Translations under genes and position numbers: made by a program
Part shown: positions 29,275 to 39,486 of the stretch, piece by piece
How the letters are laid out: each line of letters opens with the position of its first letter
Numbering within the stretch: the first letter of the stretch is position 1
Assembly: GCA_001771185.1 (NCBI GenBank)
Contig: METB01000001.1
Span: 439,200-503,199, forward strand
Direction of reading: 5' to 3'
Length of the DNA: 64,000 nucleotides
Source: a candidate division Kazan bacterium RIFCSPHIGHO2_01_FULL_44_14
GTDB taxonomy: Bacteria; Patescibacteriota; Kazan-3B-28
The notes under the pieces: generated by a model
Database searches by the model: none
Seen by the model: the letters and a program-made list of their open reading frames with translations, nothing else
What the model was told of the DNA's origin: nothing

Positions 29275-29870
29275 AAATTGCAGTCGACATTGATGATGTG
29301 TTAAGTGAATGGACGCGCGAGTTTTTGAAGTGGTATAACGCGCGTTATGGCACAACCTATACATATGAGGATATGGTAGATTATCGGTGGTCTAGGTGGA
29401 TGAACATTTCTAGTAAGCAGGCACTTGATGATGTGTACGAATTTCATGAAACGAAGGAGTTTAGAAAATTACCCTTGTTGTCTGGGGCAAAAGAAGCAGT
29501 TGCAGAGCTCGTTAAAGAACATGAATTATATGCAGTAACCGGCAGGCAGAATGTTACAGCAGAAATCACTCACCAGTGGGTGGATAAGAATTTTCCGGGT
29601 GTATTCAAAGGGATCGAGATTGTTAATGGAAATAACAGAGACGGAAGTCACACTTTAACCAAAGGCGAGGTGTGTGAGCGATTGGGTTGCAAGATTTTGA
29701 TTGATGACGATACGCGTCATATTGAGTCACTACTGAAGCATGGGGTCCAGGCGATTATTTTCAATAAACATTGGAATGAATATCATCGATTGCCAGATTC
29801 AATTATGCGGGCGAATAATTGGCCAGAAATATTGGAGGCAATAGGCAAACTGGAGGGCGTTAATAAGTAA
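29271..29870 (+). CDS. HAD-superfamily 5'(3')-deoxyribonucleotidase-like protein
   Basis: N-terminal DxDxV motif (VDIDDVL) and the later ILIDDD motif. ATGA overlap with the upstream gene. Confidence 0.6.
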   Translation: MKIAVDIDDVLSEWTREFLKWYNARYGTTYTYEDMVDYRWSRWMNISSKQALDDVYEFHETKEFRKLPLLSGAKEAVAELVKEHELYAVTGRQNVTAEITHQWVDKNFPGVFKGIEIVNGNNRDGSHTLTKGEVCERLGCKILIDDDTRHIESLLKHGVQAIIFNKHWNEYHRLPDSIMRANNWPEILEAIGKLEGVNK

Positions 29871-29921
29871 AAATAGATTCCGGGCTTCCGCCAGTTGGCG
29901 GATCCGGGATGACAGAATAGT

Positions 29922-31694
29922 ATGACCGATTTAGATTTAATTAAAGATAAGATTGATTTGGTCGATTACATCGGCCGAGTGGTGCCGTTGAAAAAAGCCG
30001 GGACCAACTGGAAAGGCGTTTGTCCATTTCATCAGGAAAAGACCCCATCATTTATGGTTAGCCCAGAAAAGGGGATTTGGCACTGTTTTGGATGCGCTAG
30101 AGGTGGTGACATTTTTAAGTTTGTAATGGAGCGTGATGGGGTGGAGTTTGTCGAGGCCTTGCAGATGTTAGCTGAAACGGTAGGTATAACATTGAGTAAG
30201 GCACCACAGCAAGACGGTGGCAGAAAGACCTTGTTGGCCATCAACGAATTAGCGACCAAGTATTTTGCGAAAGTTATGACCGATACGGCTAGTGGTCGGA
30301 AAGCCAAGGATTACTTAGTGGGTCGGGGATTACATCCGACTAGTGTGGATGAATTTCGGATTGGTTATGCTCCCAATGCTGGTAAGTCGCTAGTAGAGTT
30401 TTTACAACATCGGGGTCATCGAGATGAAGACATTGAGCGGGCTGGTTTAGCTACTCGAAAAGGCAGATTTTTACAGGATAAGTTTGTTGGTCGAATTATG
30501 TTCCCATTGTTTGACGCATTGGGACGAGTAGTCGCTTTTACTGGTCGAGTGTTGGATGCGAAGCAACAACCGAAATATTTAAATTCACCAGAGACCCCTC
30601 TGTTCCATAAAAGTGACTTGTTGTATGGCTTGCATTTGGCTAAAACGGTCATGCAACAGGAAAATAGTGTGGTGGTAGTAGAGGGTCAGATGGATGTAAT
30701 CAGCTCGCATCAAGTTGGAGTTAAAAACACTATCGGAATTTCTGGGACGGCCTTGACCCAAGAGCAGTTGAAACTAATTAGTCGCTACGCTAATAATATT
30801 GTTTTGGCTTTAGATGCGGATACAGCTGGCGGTGAAGCAACTAAGCGTGGGATTGCTCTCTCCGGTGAATTTGATTTGAATATAAAGATTGCGTTACTTG
30901 GTGATTATAAAGACCCTGATTCAATGATTAAAGATAACCCTGACGCGTGGAAACGAGCGATAGAAGGGGCGGTTCCGGTAATGGATTTTTATTTCGATTC
31001 GGCTGTGCGCCACTATGATTTGCGTGATTTGGCCCAAAAGAAACAAGCTACCCGTGATCTCTTGGGAGTGATTGTGAAGGTGACTGACCCAATGGAGCGA
31101 GATCATTATATTAAAAGATTAGGGCAGTTGGTCGGAGTGGAGCCGACTATACTTTACGATGTCATTAAGCGGACGAAACCAGTTAGGACTCGGATGGTGT
31201 CAGCTCCAGCCAGTACCACCGAATTACATCCAACTTGGGTGGAGGAAAGAGCGGTGGCACTCCCCTTTGTCTATCCAGCAATGATGCAAGAGTTTATGGA
31301 CCAGGCCGGACAGATAAAATGGGCTTCTGGACTGGCTAATAGCATTTACTCGGAACTGGCTAATTGGTATACTACCACCATCACCGCCTCTGGCGGGACC
31401 CCGCAGAATGCGGTGGCCGAGGCGTTTTCTATGGAAGAGATTTTGGCCAGATTATCTGCTAACGACCGGACAACCTTACTGGAACTGATGTTGGTAGTAG
31501 AGCAAAGTTATGTTGGAATTGATGAATCGGCTTTGCGTCACGAACTATTATTTTATTTGGATATTTTACAAAAACGCTCGTATGCTTCTCGTCGACATGA
31601 ACTGGTGGTGGCGATTGCGGCGGCTGAAGCAGCCCAAGACCAGACCAAACTTAAAGAATTATTGGCTGAACTTAATCAATTAAGTACTACATAA
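29922..31694 (+). CDS. dnaG: DNA primase
   Basis: CHC2 zinc finger (CPFHQEKTPSF...HCFGC) and a Toprim domain. 590 aa. Confidence 0.9.
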   Translation: MTDLDLIKDKIDLVDYIGRVVPLKKAGTNWKGVCPFHQEKTPSFMVSPEKGIWHCFGCARGGDIFKFVMERDGVEFVEALQMLAETVGITLSKAPQQDGGRKTLLAINELATKYFAKVMTDTASGRKAKDYLVGRGLHPTSVDEFRIGYAPNAGKSLVEFLQHRGHRDEDIERAGLATRKGRFLQDKFVGRIMFPLFDALGRVVAFTGRVLDAKQQPKYLNSPETPLFHKSDLLYGLHLAKTVMQQENSVVVVEGQMDVISSHQVGVKNTIGISGTALTQEQLKLISRYANNIVLALDADTAGGEATKRGIALSGEFDLNIKIALLGDYKDPDSMIKDNPDAWKRAIEGAVPVMDFYFDSAVRHYDLRDLAQKKQATRDLLGVIVKVTDPMERDHYIKRLGQLVGVEPTILYDVIKRTKPVRTRMVSAPASTTELHPTWVEERAVALPFVYPAMMQEFMDQAGQIKWASGLANSIYSELANWYTTTITASGGTPQNAVAEAFSMEEILARLSANDRTTLLELMLVVEQSYVGIDESALRHELLFYLDILQKRSYASRRHELVVAIAAAEAAQDQTKLKELLAELNQLSTT

Positions 31695-31712
31695 TTAAGT
31701 AGTGATAAAACT

Positions 31713-33278
31713 ATGGCTCGATCTCGTAAGCCCCTGAAGAAGAAACCAGTGCGCACTAAAAAGAAAGTAGTGCGTAAGTTAGTGAAAAAGGTAGTTAAAA
31801 AATCTGCCAGACGAGTAGTGAAACGGGTAGCCAAACGGGTAGTAAAGCACAAACCCGTTAGACGGGTAGTTAAAAAGAAACCGGCACTCAAGAAACGCTT
31901 GACCAAGAAGGCAAAGGTAATCAAGCGGAAGATTACGGCTAAGAAAGTTGTTCGTGGTAAAAAACTTCACAAGCCGATTGTGCGCAAACCTCTTGCCAAG
32001 AAAAAGATGGTAGTTAAGCATCCAGCGAAGCAGAAGCCAAAGCGAATTGTGGTGCCTAAAGTGCCAGAGACACCAGAAGAAGAAGTTGAAGATAAACTGA
32101 TCGATCTTGATTCAGAAGAAATCGCTGCCATGTCGGCTGCCAAAAAAGACCGGTCTTTGAAGAAACTGTCTCCGGAATTGCAGATGATGATTCAGCGAGG
32201 TAAAGAGCAGGGCTTCTTGACTCAACAGGAGATGGAGCGGTCCATGCCGAATGTAGAGAAGGATGTCAATCAGTTGGACTTACTGTTTAAGGCCTTAATG
32301 GAAGAAGGAGTGGAAATTGTTGATGTCCGCGACGATTTAATTTGGTCGGGAGGGACTTCAGAAAAATTAAGTAAGAAAACCGAAGCCACCAAAAAGAAAA
32401 TGCGGAGCAAGTTGGATGTTGGGATTGGTTCCAATTTGGCTGACGACGGGATTAGCGACGATTCGGTTCGGATGTACTTAAAAGAAATTGGTCAGGTAGC
32501 ACTATTAACTGGCGCCGAAGAAGTAATGTTGGCTAAACGAGTAGAACAGGGTGACCCATTGGCATCCAAGCAATTAGCCGAGGCCAACTTGCGGTTAGTG
32601 GTATCGATTGCTAAGAAATACATTGGTCGGGGTTTGTCGTTACTTGATTTAATCCAAGAAGGTAATATTGGTTTGATGAAAGCAGTCGAAAAATTCGACT
32701 GGCACAAGGGTTTTAAGTTTTCGACTTATGCGACTTGGTGGATTCGTCAGGCAATTACTCGAGCAATTGCCGATCAAGCCCGAACCATTCGGATTCCGGT
32801 GCATATGGTTGAAACGATGAACCGGTTGGCCAGAACTCAACGGCAATTGGTGCAGGAACTGGGTCGCGAACCGACGCCGGAAGAAATTGCCAATGAAATG
32901 GAATTGGAAGTCGAAAAAGTCAATCACATCTTAAAGATTTCTCAAGAAACAGTTTCATTAGAGAAATCGGTTGGGGATGAAGACGATTCATTGCTAGGCG
33001 ACTTTATTAAAGATGAAGATAGTTTGACGCCGGAAGAGGCCTCATCTTATGAACTGCTAAAAGGGGATGTGGGCGAGGTGTTGCATCTACTAACTCCGCG
33101 GGAGCAAAAGATTCTTAAAATGCGGTTTGGGTTAGATGGGGAATGGGCTCACACGCTGGAAGAAGTGGGCCAGGAATTTGGAGTTACTCGTGAACGGATT
33201 CGGCAGATTGAGGCAAAGGCCTTGATGAAATTGCGCAAGAGCAAAGATTCTAAGCGGCTAAAGGACTATTTGAAGTAA
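31713..33278 (+). CDS. rpoD: RNA polymerase sigma-70 factor RpoD with a ~110-aa lysine-rich repetitive N-terminal extension
   Basis: Regions 1.2 to 4 are conserved ([31 protein letters not shown], region 4 HTH). The N-terminus is made of KKxVxKxVKR repeats. Confidence 0.9.
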   Translation: MARSRKPLKKKPVRTKKKVVRKLVKKVVKKSARRVVKRVAKRVVKHKPVRRVVKKKPALKKRLTKKAKVIKRKITAKKVVRGKKLHKPIVRKPLAKKKMVVKHPAKQKPKRIVVPKVPETPEEEVEDKLIDLDSEEIAAMSAAKKDRSLKKLSPELQMMIQRGKEQGFLTQQEMERSMPNVEKDVNQLDLLFKALMEEGVEIVDVRDDLIWSGGTSEKLSKKTEATKKKMRSKLDVGIGSNLADDGISDDSVRMYLKEIGQVALLTGAEEVMLAKRVEQGDPLASKQLAEANLRLVVSIAKKYIGRGLSLLDLIQEGNIGLMKAVEKFDWHKGFKFSTYATWWIRQAITRAIADQARTIRIPVHMVETMNRLARTQRQLVQELGREPTPEEIANEMELEVEKVNHILKISQETVSLEKSVGDEDDSLLGDFIKDEDSLTPEEASSYELLKGDVGEVLHLLTPREQKILKMRFGLDGEWAHTLEEVGQEFGVTRERIRQIEAKALMKLRKSKDSKRLKDYLK

Positions 33279-33382
33279 ATAAAATCTCGAGAGGGAAAAA
33301 CGGGGTGTGTTTCCCTCTCGACGCTTGTGGGCTCGCTACTTCCCCTTCCACCTGTGGGGAAGTTAGCCCTTGGGATCTAGTC

Positions 33383-33415
33383 AAGTAGTTTCGGGCAAGA
33401 GTTCTCCTGCCCGGT
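33383..33415 (+). terminator. Rho-independent terminator after rpoD
   Basis: cgggcaagagttctcctgcccg followed by gtttttta. Confidence 0.6.
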
Positions 33416-33507
33416 TTTTTATATTTGGCGAAGCTGTGATTGAGAGTGTATAATTGCCTCTGTAAGAGATTAATCCGGGGTAGCTCAGTGGTAGAGCGAT
33501 CGACTGT

Positions 33508-34069
33508 ACGTTAAAAGACGTCTTTGGTATACTCAATCGTGTTATGCCAGAGAAGAGAACATATGCCGATCGTGCCGAGTACATTAAACGAGCAGTGACG
33601 AAGCGCAGAAAAAAGCTGAAGACAATGCTGGTTGAGTATAAGGGCGGTCAATGTGCAATTTGTGGCTATAATCGGAGTCCAGATGTTTTGGAATTTCATC
33701 ATATTGATGAGTCCAAAAAAGAGTTTGGTCTATCGATTCGCGGACTAACTCGCTCATGGGAGAGGATGCGGGTAGAAGCCGATAAGTGCATTTTGTTATG
33801 CGCAAATTGTCATAGAGAAGTACATGCAGGTGTAGTGCAGCTTCCCCAAGTAATTGGGGATGAAAAATGAGGTGAATTGCGAGAAACCTAAGTTTATAGG
33901 CATAGTGGATATGGTAATTCGCAGCCAAGTTCCGGTTTGCCGGGAAAGGTTCAGAGACTATCCTTTATGGAGTAGTTCTACTAAATAGCAGAACGAAGCG
34001 CCTCACACCCCACTCTGAGAAGAAGGGTGATGATATAGTCCATGCCATAGCGAAAGCTGGGAGTACATG
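33508..34069 (+). ncRNA. Group I intron within tRNA-Asn, carrying an HNH endonuclease ORF
   Basis: Its position is inside the anticodon loop. The conserved P3/P7-like sequence elements cluster after the ORF. The exact splice sites are approximate. Confidence 0.55.
33544..33870 (+). CDS. HNH homing endonuclease (intron-encoded)
   Basis: CAICGY...EFHHID...CANCHREVH form the HNH/zinc-binding motif. 108 aa. Confidence 0.8.
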   Translation: MPEKRTYADRAEYIKRAVTKRRKKLKTMLVEYKGGQCAICGYNRSPDVLEFHHIDESKKEFGLSIRGLTRSWERMRVEADKCILLCANCHREVHAGVVQLPQVIGDEK

Positions 34070-35568
34070 TAATCGATTGGTCGTGGGTTCGAATCCCACC
34101 CCCGGAGCCAGTTTGAACAAGTAGATGCTTCAACCAGTAGGTTGAACGGAGAACGAAGCTCGTAGAGCAGGTTTTTCCCGTTTAACTTGCAGTTCTGAAG
34201 TAGGAAGCTCAATAGTTGCCGTTTTTCAGGGACTTCCGAACTTTTGAAGATGTCCATAGCTCTGGAAGCCAGGTTGAATACCATATTGGCGGTCAGGTAA
34301 AACTCTTCATCGGCTTGGCTGTGCGAGTTCATTTCAGCTATCAGCTCTGCCTGTCTACCCTTCCACTCTTTCAGCTTTTTGTCATACATATCCTGCGTAA
34401 TACTACGGTCGAGTTTGTCCTCGTACATTCTGGCTATACGATCTTCCAGCCGATCGTAGTCGGCTCGTAGGGCTGTCATACTCTCTTTGTGAAAATGGGA
34501 CTCATTTTGACCAGTTGTCTTGAGGTCTTGGGTAAGCCTGTCTATGGCTTCCTGGGGCATTTGAACGGCTTTCAGAGCCTTATAGACGGGCTTGAGTAGT
34601 TCTTCCTCTGGTACCCAAATCCTCTTACATAAGCCCTTGAAATTGGTACAGCTGTAGTAGATGTATTTGCCTTTCGATATTTCTGGGGTAATTAGGCAAC
34701 CGCATTTTTCGCACCTAATAAGACCTCGAAAAATATAGGGCTTGGCTCCAGCCTTAAAGGGCTTTTTATGGTAATTATCCATAATTGTCTGGCACTTGCT
34801 GAACAGCCATTCTGGAACGAGTGGCTCATACTTATGGCGATATTCTTTGCCATTGACGACCATTACGCCAGAGTAGAATGGGTTTCTTAAGTTCTTGTGA
34901 ATGAGGCTGGTTGTTAGCTTTTTGCCAGTTCTGGTAATAAATCCAGCCCTATCCAGCTCTTGCTTAATAGTTTTAACGGAGTGCTGACCTGTCCCATAAA
35001 GTTCGAACATCTTAGCAATCAAATGGGCTCGGTCTGGGTCGGGGACTATAGTTTTTTTGCCGTCTGGTAAGTCGTGGTTAATGTAGCCGACTGGAGCCAT
35101 CCCAGGGAACTCGCCATTCAGCAGTTTTTGAGAGATGCTTCTTTTAACATTGTCGCTGAGCTGTAATACATAGCTTCTGGCAAACATTACGCCCATATCC
35201 CAGCGAAGCAGGTCAGAGCTATTGGACTGGTCATTGAGAACGAGGTTTTCTCGGATAAAGTGAATTTCTAACTGTCCATTTTTTCGATACTCATCAAGAA
35301 CAACCGACTCTTTGAAGCTCCTTTGTAGGCGATCAATGGTTTCGACTACTAAAGCAACCTTGTCTTTGGAGCGTTTAATCTCATCAATTACAAGTTCAAA
35401 TTTTGTCCGTTGATCTTTGGTGGATGACTCGTCAAACTGATATTCACTTTTAACTTCCAGCCCTCGATCTTTGCACCACTGTCTTGAACGGGCAAGTTGG
35501 GCGGGGATAGACTGCCCGTCTTGCATTTGTTCTTCGGTCGAAACTCTGGCTAAGATGATGGCTCTCAT
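34003..35568 (-). CDS. Large serine recombinase (integrase); the annotated C-terminal ~36 aa read through the tRNA-Asn 3' exon and may be artefactual
   Basis: N-terminal resolvase domain with catalytic Ser (ILARVSTEEQ), recombinase domain, and a Cys-rich zinc ribbon (CEKCGC...CTNFKGLC). Confidence 0.85.
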   Translation of the reverse strand: MRAIILARVSTEEQMQDGQSIPAQLARSRQWCKDRGLEVKSEYQFDESSTKDQRTKFELVIDEIKRSKDKVALVVETIDRLQRSFKESVVLDEYRKNGQLEIHFIRENLVLNDQSNSSDLLRWDMGVMFARSYVLQLSDNVKRSISQKLLNGEFPGMAPVGYINHDLPDGKKTIVPDPDRAHLIAKMFELYGTGQHSVKTIKQELDRAGFITRTGKKLTTSLIHKNLRNPFYSGVMVVNGKEYRHKYEPLVPEWLFSKCQTIMDNYHKKPFKAGAKPYIFRGLIRCEKCGCLITPEISKGKYIYYSCTNFKGLCKRIWVPEEELLKPVYKALKAVQMPQEAIDRLTQDLKTTGQNESHFHKESMTALRADYDRLEDRIARMYEDKLDRSITQDMYDKKLKEWKGRQAELIAEMNSHSQADEEFYLTANMVFNLASRAMDIFKSSEVPEKRQLLSFLLQNCKLNGKNLLYELRSPFNLLVEASTCSNWLRGWDSNPRPIDYMYSQLSLWHGLYHHPSSQSGV

Positions 35569-36344
35569 ATTTTCCCTCTGGCTAACCTCTTGAGAGAGGC
35601 GTTAACATATCTCTTATCTTTTTCAATGCCAATCCACTTTCTTCCATACTGCTTAGCCACCAATGCTGTAGTCCCACTGCCCAAGAATGGGTCTAAAACG
35701 ATGTCTCCCTTACGAGAACTGGCAAGGATAATTCGTTTTAGCATTTCTTCTGGCTTTTGGGTTGGGTGAAGAGCTCTGTTGTGGGAGTCTCTAAGGCGTT
35801 CCTTGCCCTGTACAAGTGGCATTGTCCATACATCTCGCATTTGCTTAGGGCTTCCATCTTTTTGGGTCTCTGGGTTAATTCTTCGTAGTTCTTTATAATT
35901 GAAAACCCATCCGCGACCTTTTACAGCCCAGATGACAAACTCGGTAGAATGTGTGAATACTCGTCGAGTCATATTGGGCATTGGGTTGGTTTTATACCAA
36001 GTGATGATGTTATTGATCTTGAACCCCAGCTGTTTCAGCACAATCATCACCTCACCGATATTGTGATAACTACAGGCTATGTATAATGCTCCACCATTTT
36101 TTAGTACTCTGTAGCAACCAGCTATCCACTGTCTTGTAAACTGCAAATACTCAGGTGCGGTCATCTTGTCCCACTCTTCGTTGACCATATACCAGTCGCC
36201 CCCAGTTTTATTACCTTTCCACTTAAGTCCATTGCCAGAAAGGTTATATGGGGGGTCTGCAAAAATAAGACCAACTGAATCCTTTTGGACTTTTGACCCC
36301 AGGATTTCCACACAATCACCGTGATGGACTATATTCGTTTTCAT
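35565..36344 (-). CDS. Beta-class N6-adenine/N4-cytosine DNA methyltransferase
   Basis: Motif IV FADPPYN precedes motif I DPFLGSGTT, the N6_N4_Mtase order. 4-nt overlap with the recombinase gene. Confidence 0.85.
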   Translation of the reverse strand: MKTNIVHHGDCVEILGSKVQKDSVGLIFADPPYNLSGNGLKWKGNKTGGDWYMVNEEWDKMTAPEYLQFTRQWIAGCYRVLKNGGALYIACSYHNIGEVMIVLKQLGFKINNIITWYKTNPMPNMTRRVFTHSTEFVIWAVKGRGWVFNYKELRRINPETQKDGSPKQMRDVWTMPLVQGKERLRDSHNRALHPTQKPEEMLKRIILASSRKGDIVLDPFLGSGTTALVAKQYGRKWIGIEKDKRYVNASLKRLARGKI

Positions 36345-36347
36345 AGT

Positions 36348-38171
36348 TTATGCAGTCACCTCTGACTTCCAGAAGTTGATTATGTTTGGGATTTCTTGCA
36401 ACCAGTCGGCTGGGTTCTCGAAGTTTGATGAACTGGTCACGATTTTTTCATACAACTCAAATAGTTTTTGATGAGTTAAGAAGACTCCCTTCTTCTTGAT
36501 TTCGGGTAGCACCTTCAAGAGGTCTGCAAACTGAGTGATCGACAAGGGGACTATCTTTTGGGGTTTTCCCTCATATTCGTATTTAACAGCCATCCAGAAG
36601 GTATTAACCGTATCTCTATGTAGTCTTGGGGCAAGAAAAATACAATAAGTTGTTTTGGTATGGTTTGCGTCTTCAAAGTCTCTGAGGTGTCTCATAACAG
36701 GTTGACCTTCGTTGTACCATTGATCGCGACCAGTTAGCATAGTGACCTCACAGATTGCATTGCTTGACTCGTAATAGCACTCTATATCTGGCACATTAGC
36801 AGGGGCAGTGAAGGTTGGTTCATTGTCATCTCCTACTGGGTAGTTTGGTTTTATTGATAGAGCATCGTTAAGGGCATTAAGACCCAAAGAAGCGTATTTT
36901 TCCAGGGCAATCGGTCTATCCTCTTGGCTGAATATATTTTCCAATGCTTCTATATATTCTTTAACTGATCCAGCGTCTTGAGCTACTTGATGTACCTCTT
37001 GTTCCTGCAGGTCTCTTCTATAGCTACGAAGTAGATTCGCATAATCCTTGAGAGCGTCCTTTGATAACTTCTGATAGTCAAGGCGATGTTGGGCAGATGA
37101 GTTAAGTTTTTTCTCGTATTCTGCTATTTCTTCAGTAAGTTTCTTTATGATTTCGATGAATTTGTCTTTAGTTTCCCAAGGGAGTTGGGGCTTGGAGATG
37201 TCGGAAAGGTATTCAAAATACTCATCCTTGGAGGCGAATTCTATAGCCTCAGCATTGTCATATGTTAATAAATTGTTGATTTCCACCGATCTTCTCGGCT
37301 CTAAGTCTACATAGAAACCGTTGCCCCTGATGTATATATATCTGGTTAATCTGAAGTATCGGATAGCATTGTCACCATAGTCCTTTAGGTTATTCAGTAG
37401 TTTTTCTATCTCGGAGTTGTCACCTGAGTCGAGAAAACGAATAGCAAATTCTCTCTTGTAGCTCTTTAGGATTTGTTTTTGATCTGCTTTAGTCTTTCCA
37501 TCCATCGCATCTCTAAGTTGTAGAATCTGATTTGAGTAGGATTCTATGTCCTTAGAATGCACAAGTGTAGGTGAAAAAAGGGCAAACTCTTCATTGCTTA
37601 ATCCTTTGGGATTTTTGCCACGCTTTATTTCTTTAAGGTTAACCTGATTGATTAAATGGAGTGTCCCAATAAAGGGCTTGATATTGTAAGTTCCATCTCC
37701 TGCATAATCGTTGCTTACTGGGTTGGGGATTTGCCATTTAATAAAGAATCGGAAGTAAACATCTCCAATATCCACCTTGCCCTTTAGAAAGGCATTGCCT
37801 AAGTCGGTGATTACAATTGCACCAGTAGTCTTTTTCGCAGTTGCCAACCCCATTTTGGTCAGGGGTGCTACGGATGTTCTCCCTCGTAGTCCCAGATCGT
37901 TTCGGAGTTCCTTAGATCGGCTGACCATATGATTGAAAATTTCCCGTGCTTTTGCAAAAGACATTGTGTCTTCAGCAGTCCCGTAATAACTGGCTAATTG
38001 GACTGATAGACCAGTTGGTTGGTATAGCCTATTTTGAATCAAGAGGGTCTGGAACTTAACTTGTCCAGCTTCATCGAAATTTTCCCCTTCCATTTCTTTT
38101 AGCACACGCAAAAACGGCAGTACTCTGTCGGGATTTCTTACGGTGGTTGATAAAGACCAAGGTTTTTTCAT
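36348..38171 (-). CDS. Putative Type IIS restriction endonuclease (AlwI/PleI-family-like)
   Basis: ~608 aa between two methyltransferases. The call rests on size, the two-MTase context typical of asymmetric-site Type IIS systems, and recalled similarity to the AlwI family. No definitive catalytic motif was identified. Confidence 0.45.
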   Translation of the reverse strand: MKKPWSLSTTVRNPDRVLPFLRVLKEMEGENFDEAGQVKFQTLLIQNRLYQPTGLSVQLASYYGTAEDTMSFAKAREIFNHMVSRSKELRNDLGLRGRTSVAPLTKMGLATAKKTTGAIVITDLGNAFLKGKVDIGDVYFRFFIKWQIPNPVSNDYAGDGTYNIKPFIGTLHLINQVNLKEIKRGKNPKGLSNEEFALFSPTLVHSKDIESYSNQILQLRDAMDGKTKADQKQILKSYKREFAIRFLDSGDNSEIEKLLNNLKDYGDNAIRYFRLTRYIYIRGNGFYVDLEPRRSVEINNLLTYDNAEAIEFASKDEYFEYLSDISKPQLPWETKDKFIEIIKKLTEEIAEYEKKLNSSAQHRLDYQKLSKDALKDYANLLRSYRRDLQEQEVHQVAQDAGSVKEYIEALENIFSQEDRPIALEKYASLGLNALNDALSIKPNYPVGDDNEPTFTAPANVPDIECYYESSNAICEVTMLTGRDQWYNEGQPVMRHLRDFEDANHTKTTYCIFLAPRLHRDTVNTFWMAVKYEYEGKPQKIVPLSITQFADLLKVLPEIKKKGVFLTHQKLFELYEKIVTSSSNFENPADWLQEIPNIINFWKSEVTA

Positions 38172-39271
38172 AGTTTTGCTGTCCTTACTTTGCAAAAGAA
38201 AACTCTTTCAGTATGACCGTTGATATCGCTCTTGCCCGTGGTAAAAGCACGATAAGTTTTTTCGAATGTCTTGACCTCGCCTTTTGCTTTTAAGATCCTT
38301 ACTATATCGTTGTCGCTAATTCTTGCATTGGATCTATCGTTCTTTGATTCTCCTGTGTTGTTGTAGGATAGCAATATATATTTACAGTTGGCATTTTGTA
38401 TTAAATCCTCCAATGCCTCAGTTGCTCCCCTTAAGCAGTATTCACTTTTGATATGGGATCGATCCATCTTTTTGGCAATGCCAGATACAGTTGGCTTACC
38501 CCAATCGACGAGATTCTCTAAAAGGTGGTAGGCATCTGAATACTGCCGTGAATTATAGGGTGGGTCGATATATAGCACATCGCATTTTATCTTCCTCACA
38601 AGAGCGTTGGCATCTTCTTTGTAAATCCTATTGTTGTGGTTAGATTCCCAGTCAATCTCGGGTAGCAACAGAGTGACAGGTTTCTGCTTGTCTATATCTG
38701 GACTCTTTCGATAAGCATCGTAGTGACCCACTGTATTTGCTATTTTATCTACCGCATACAAGAGAGAGCATAGCAGAATACTTTTTTCCTGTTCGGATTT
38801 TGATATTTCATCAATGGCACTACGGATCATCCCTATTTTTCTTGCGTTAGTAATTGAAAAGTAGCTATTTCCAAAATGCATTGAAAAGTAGTTATCCTCG
38901 TTCGTTTGCAAGGAATTAAGGTAGTCGATCTTATGTGTAATGGATTTTCTGTAATCGCCGTCCGTCATAAGGAAAGTCTTGAGACATACTATGCTACTGG
39001 ATAGTATGTCATTTGCGATTATCTCTGTCTGACCATCATTGAACTTTGCTCCCACCACTCCTGTACCAGCGAATATATCGCAGAATGTCTTGTATCCTTT
39101 GCATTCTTTTCCAACAATCTCCTCGATGAAAGATAGAAGCCTGTATTTACTACCCAAGTATCGTCTATTTTGGATACTAAATGTTTGGACAATAGATGGA
39201 CTGTCTACCAACACCCTAACACTGTTAGTTGATTGAGTTGGGCTAATTGTTATGGGTGAGATCCTGTTCAT
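38168..39271 (-). CDS. Dam-like (D12-class, alpha-group) N6-adenine DNA methyltransferase
   Basis: RYLGSKYRLL and DIFAGTG (motif I) precede LYIDPPYN (motif IV). Confidence 0.8.
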   Translation of the reverse strand: MNRISPITISPTQSTNSVRVLVDSPSIVQTFSIQNRRYLGSKYRLLSFIEEIVGKECKGYKTFCDIFAGTGVVGAKFNDGQTEIIANDILSSSIVCLKTFLMTDGDYRKSITHKIDYLNSLQTNEDNYFSMHFGNSYFSITNARKIGMIRSAIDEISKSEQEKSILLCSLLYAVDKIANTVGHYDAYRKSPDIDKQKPVTLLLPEIDWESNHNNRIYKEDANALVRKIKCDVLYIDPPYNSRQYSDAYHLLENLVDWGKPTVSGIAKKMDRSHIKSEYCLRGATEALEDLIQNANCKYILLSYNNTGESKNDRSNARISDNDIVRILKAKGEVKTFEKTYRAFTTGKSDINGHTERVFFCKVRTAKL

Positions 39272-39275
39272 AAAA

Positions 39276-39461
39276 TTACCTCGCACAGGCTTTGTCTAAA
39301 AACTTTTGGAATGTTTTGTGGTCAATTCTGAACTCTTTCCCCAGTTTATAAGCCTTCAATCTCCCAGCCTTTATGTAGCGGTAGATCGTCATTATATTTA
39401 CCTGCAGTTTGTCAGCTAACTCTTGGGCGGTGTAAAAATCCTTGTTTTTCATAGTCTCCAT
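39276..39461 (-). CDS. Excisionase-family/MerR-like HTH DNA-binding protein (candidate RDF or RM controller)
   Basis: YTAQELADKLQVNIMTIYRYIKAGRLKAYK matches the HTH_17/excisionase family. 61 aa. Confidence 0.55.
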   Translation of the reverse strand: METMKNKDFYTAQELADKLQVNIMTIYRYIKAGRLKAYKLGKEFRIDHKTFQKFLDKACAR

Positions 39462-39486
39462 ACTTACTACTATACTTTACAATGCT

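Larger units (their letters stand above)
33474..34110 (+). tRNA. tRNA-Asn (anticodon GUU) interrupted by a ~562-nt group I intron in the anticodon loop (exons 33474-33507 and 34070-34110)
   Basis: 5' exon: TCCGGGG-TA-GCTCAGTGGTAGAGC-G-ATCGA-CTGT. 3' exon: TAA-TCGAT-tggtc-GTGGGTTCGAATCCCAC-CCCCGGA-G-CCA. A U1:A72 pair and a CUGUUAA loop are present. The intron ends in G. The intron core has group I hallmarks: aattgcgagaaac, gcagccaagttcc, and cagagacta for the P7 region. Confidence 0.7.

Noticed and set aside
34003-34110. The C-terminal ~36 residues of the serine recombinase ORF (…LRGWDSNPRPIDYMYSQ…).
   Set aside because: These residues are the reverse-complement translation of the tRNA-Asn 3' exon and the intron end. 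The ORF simply runs on until the first stop. The true C-terminus is probably shorter or coincidental.
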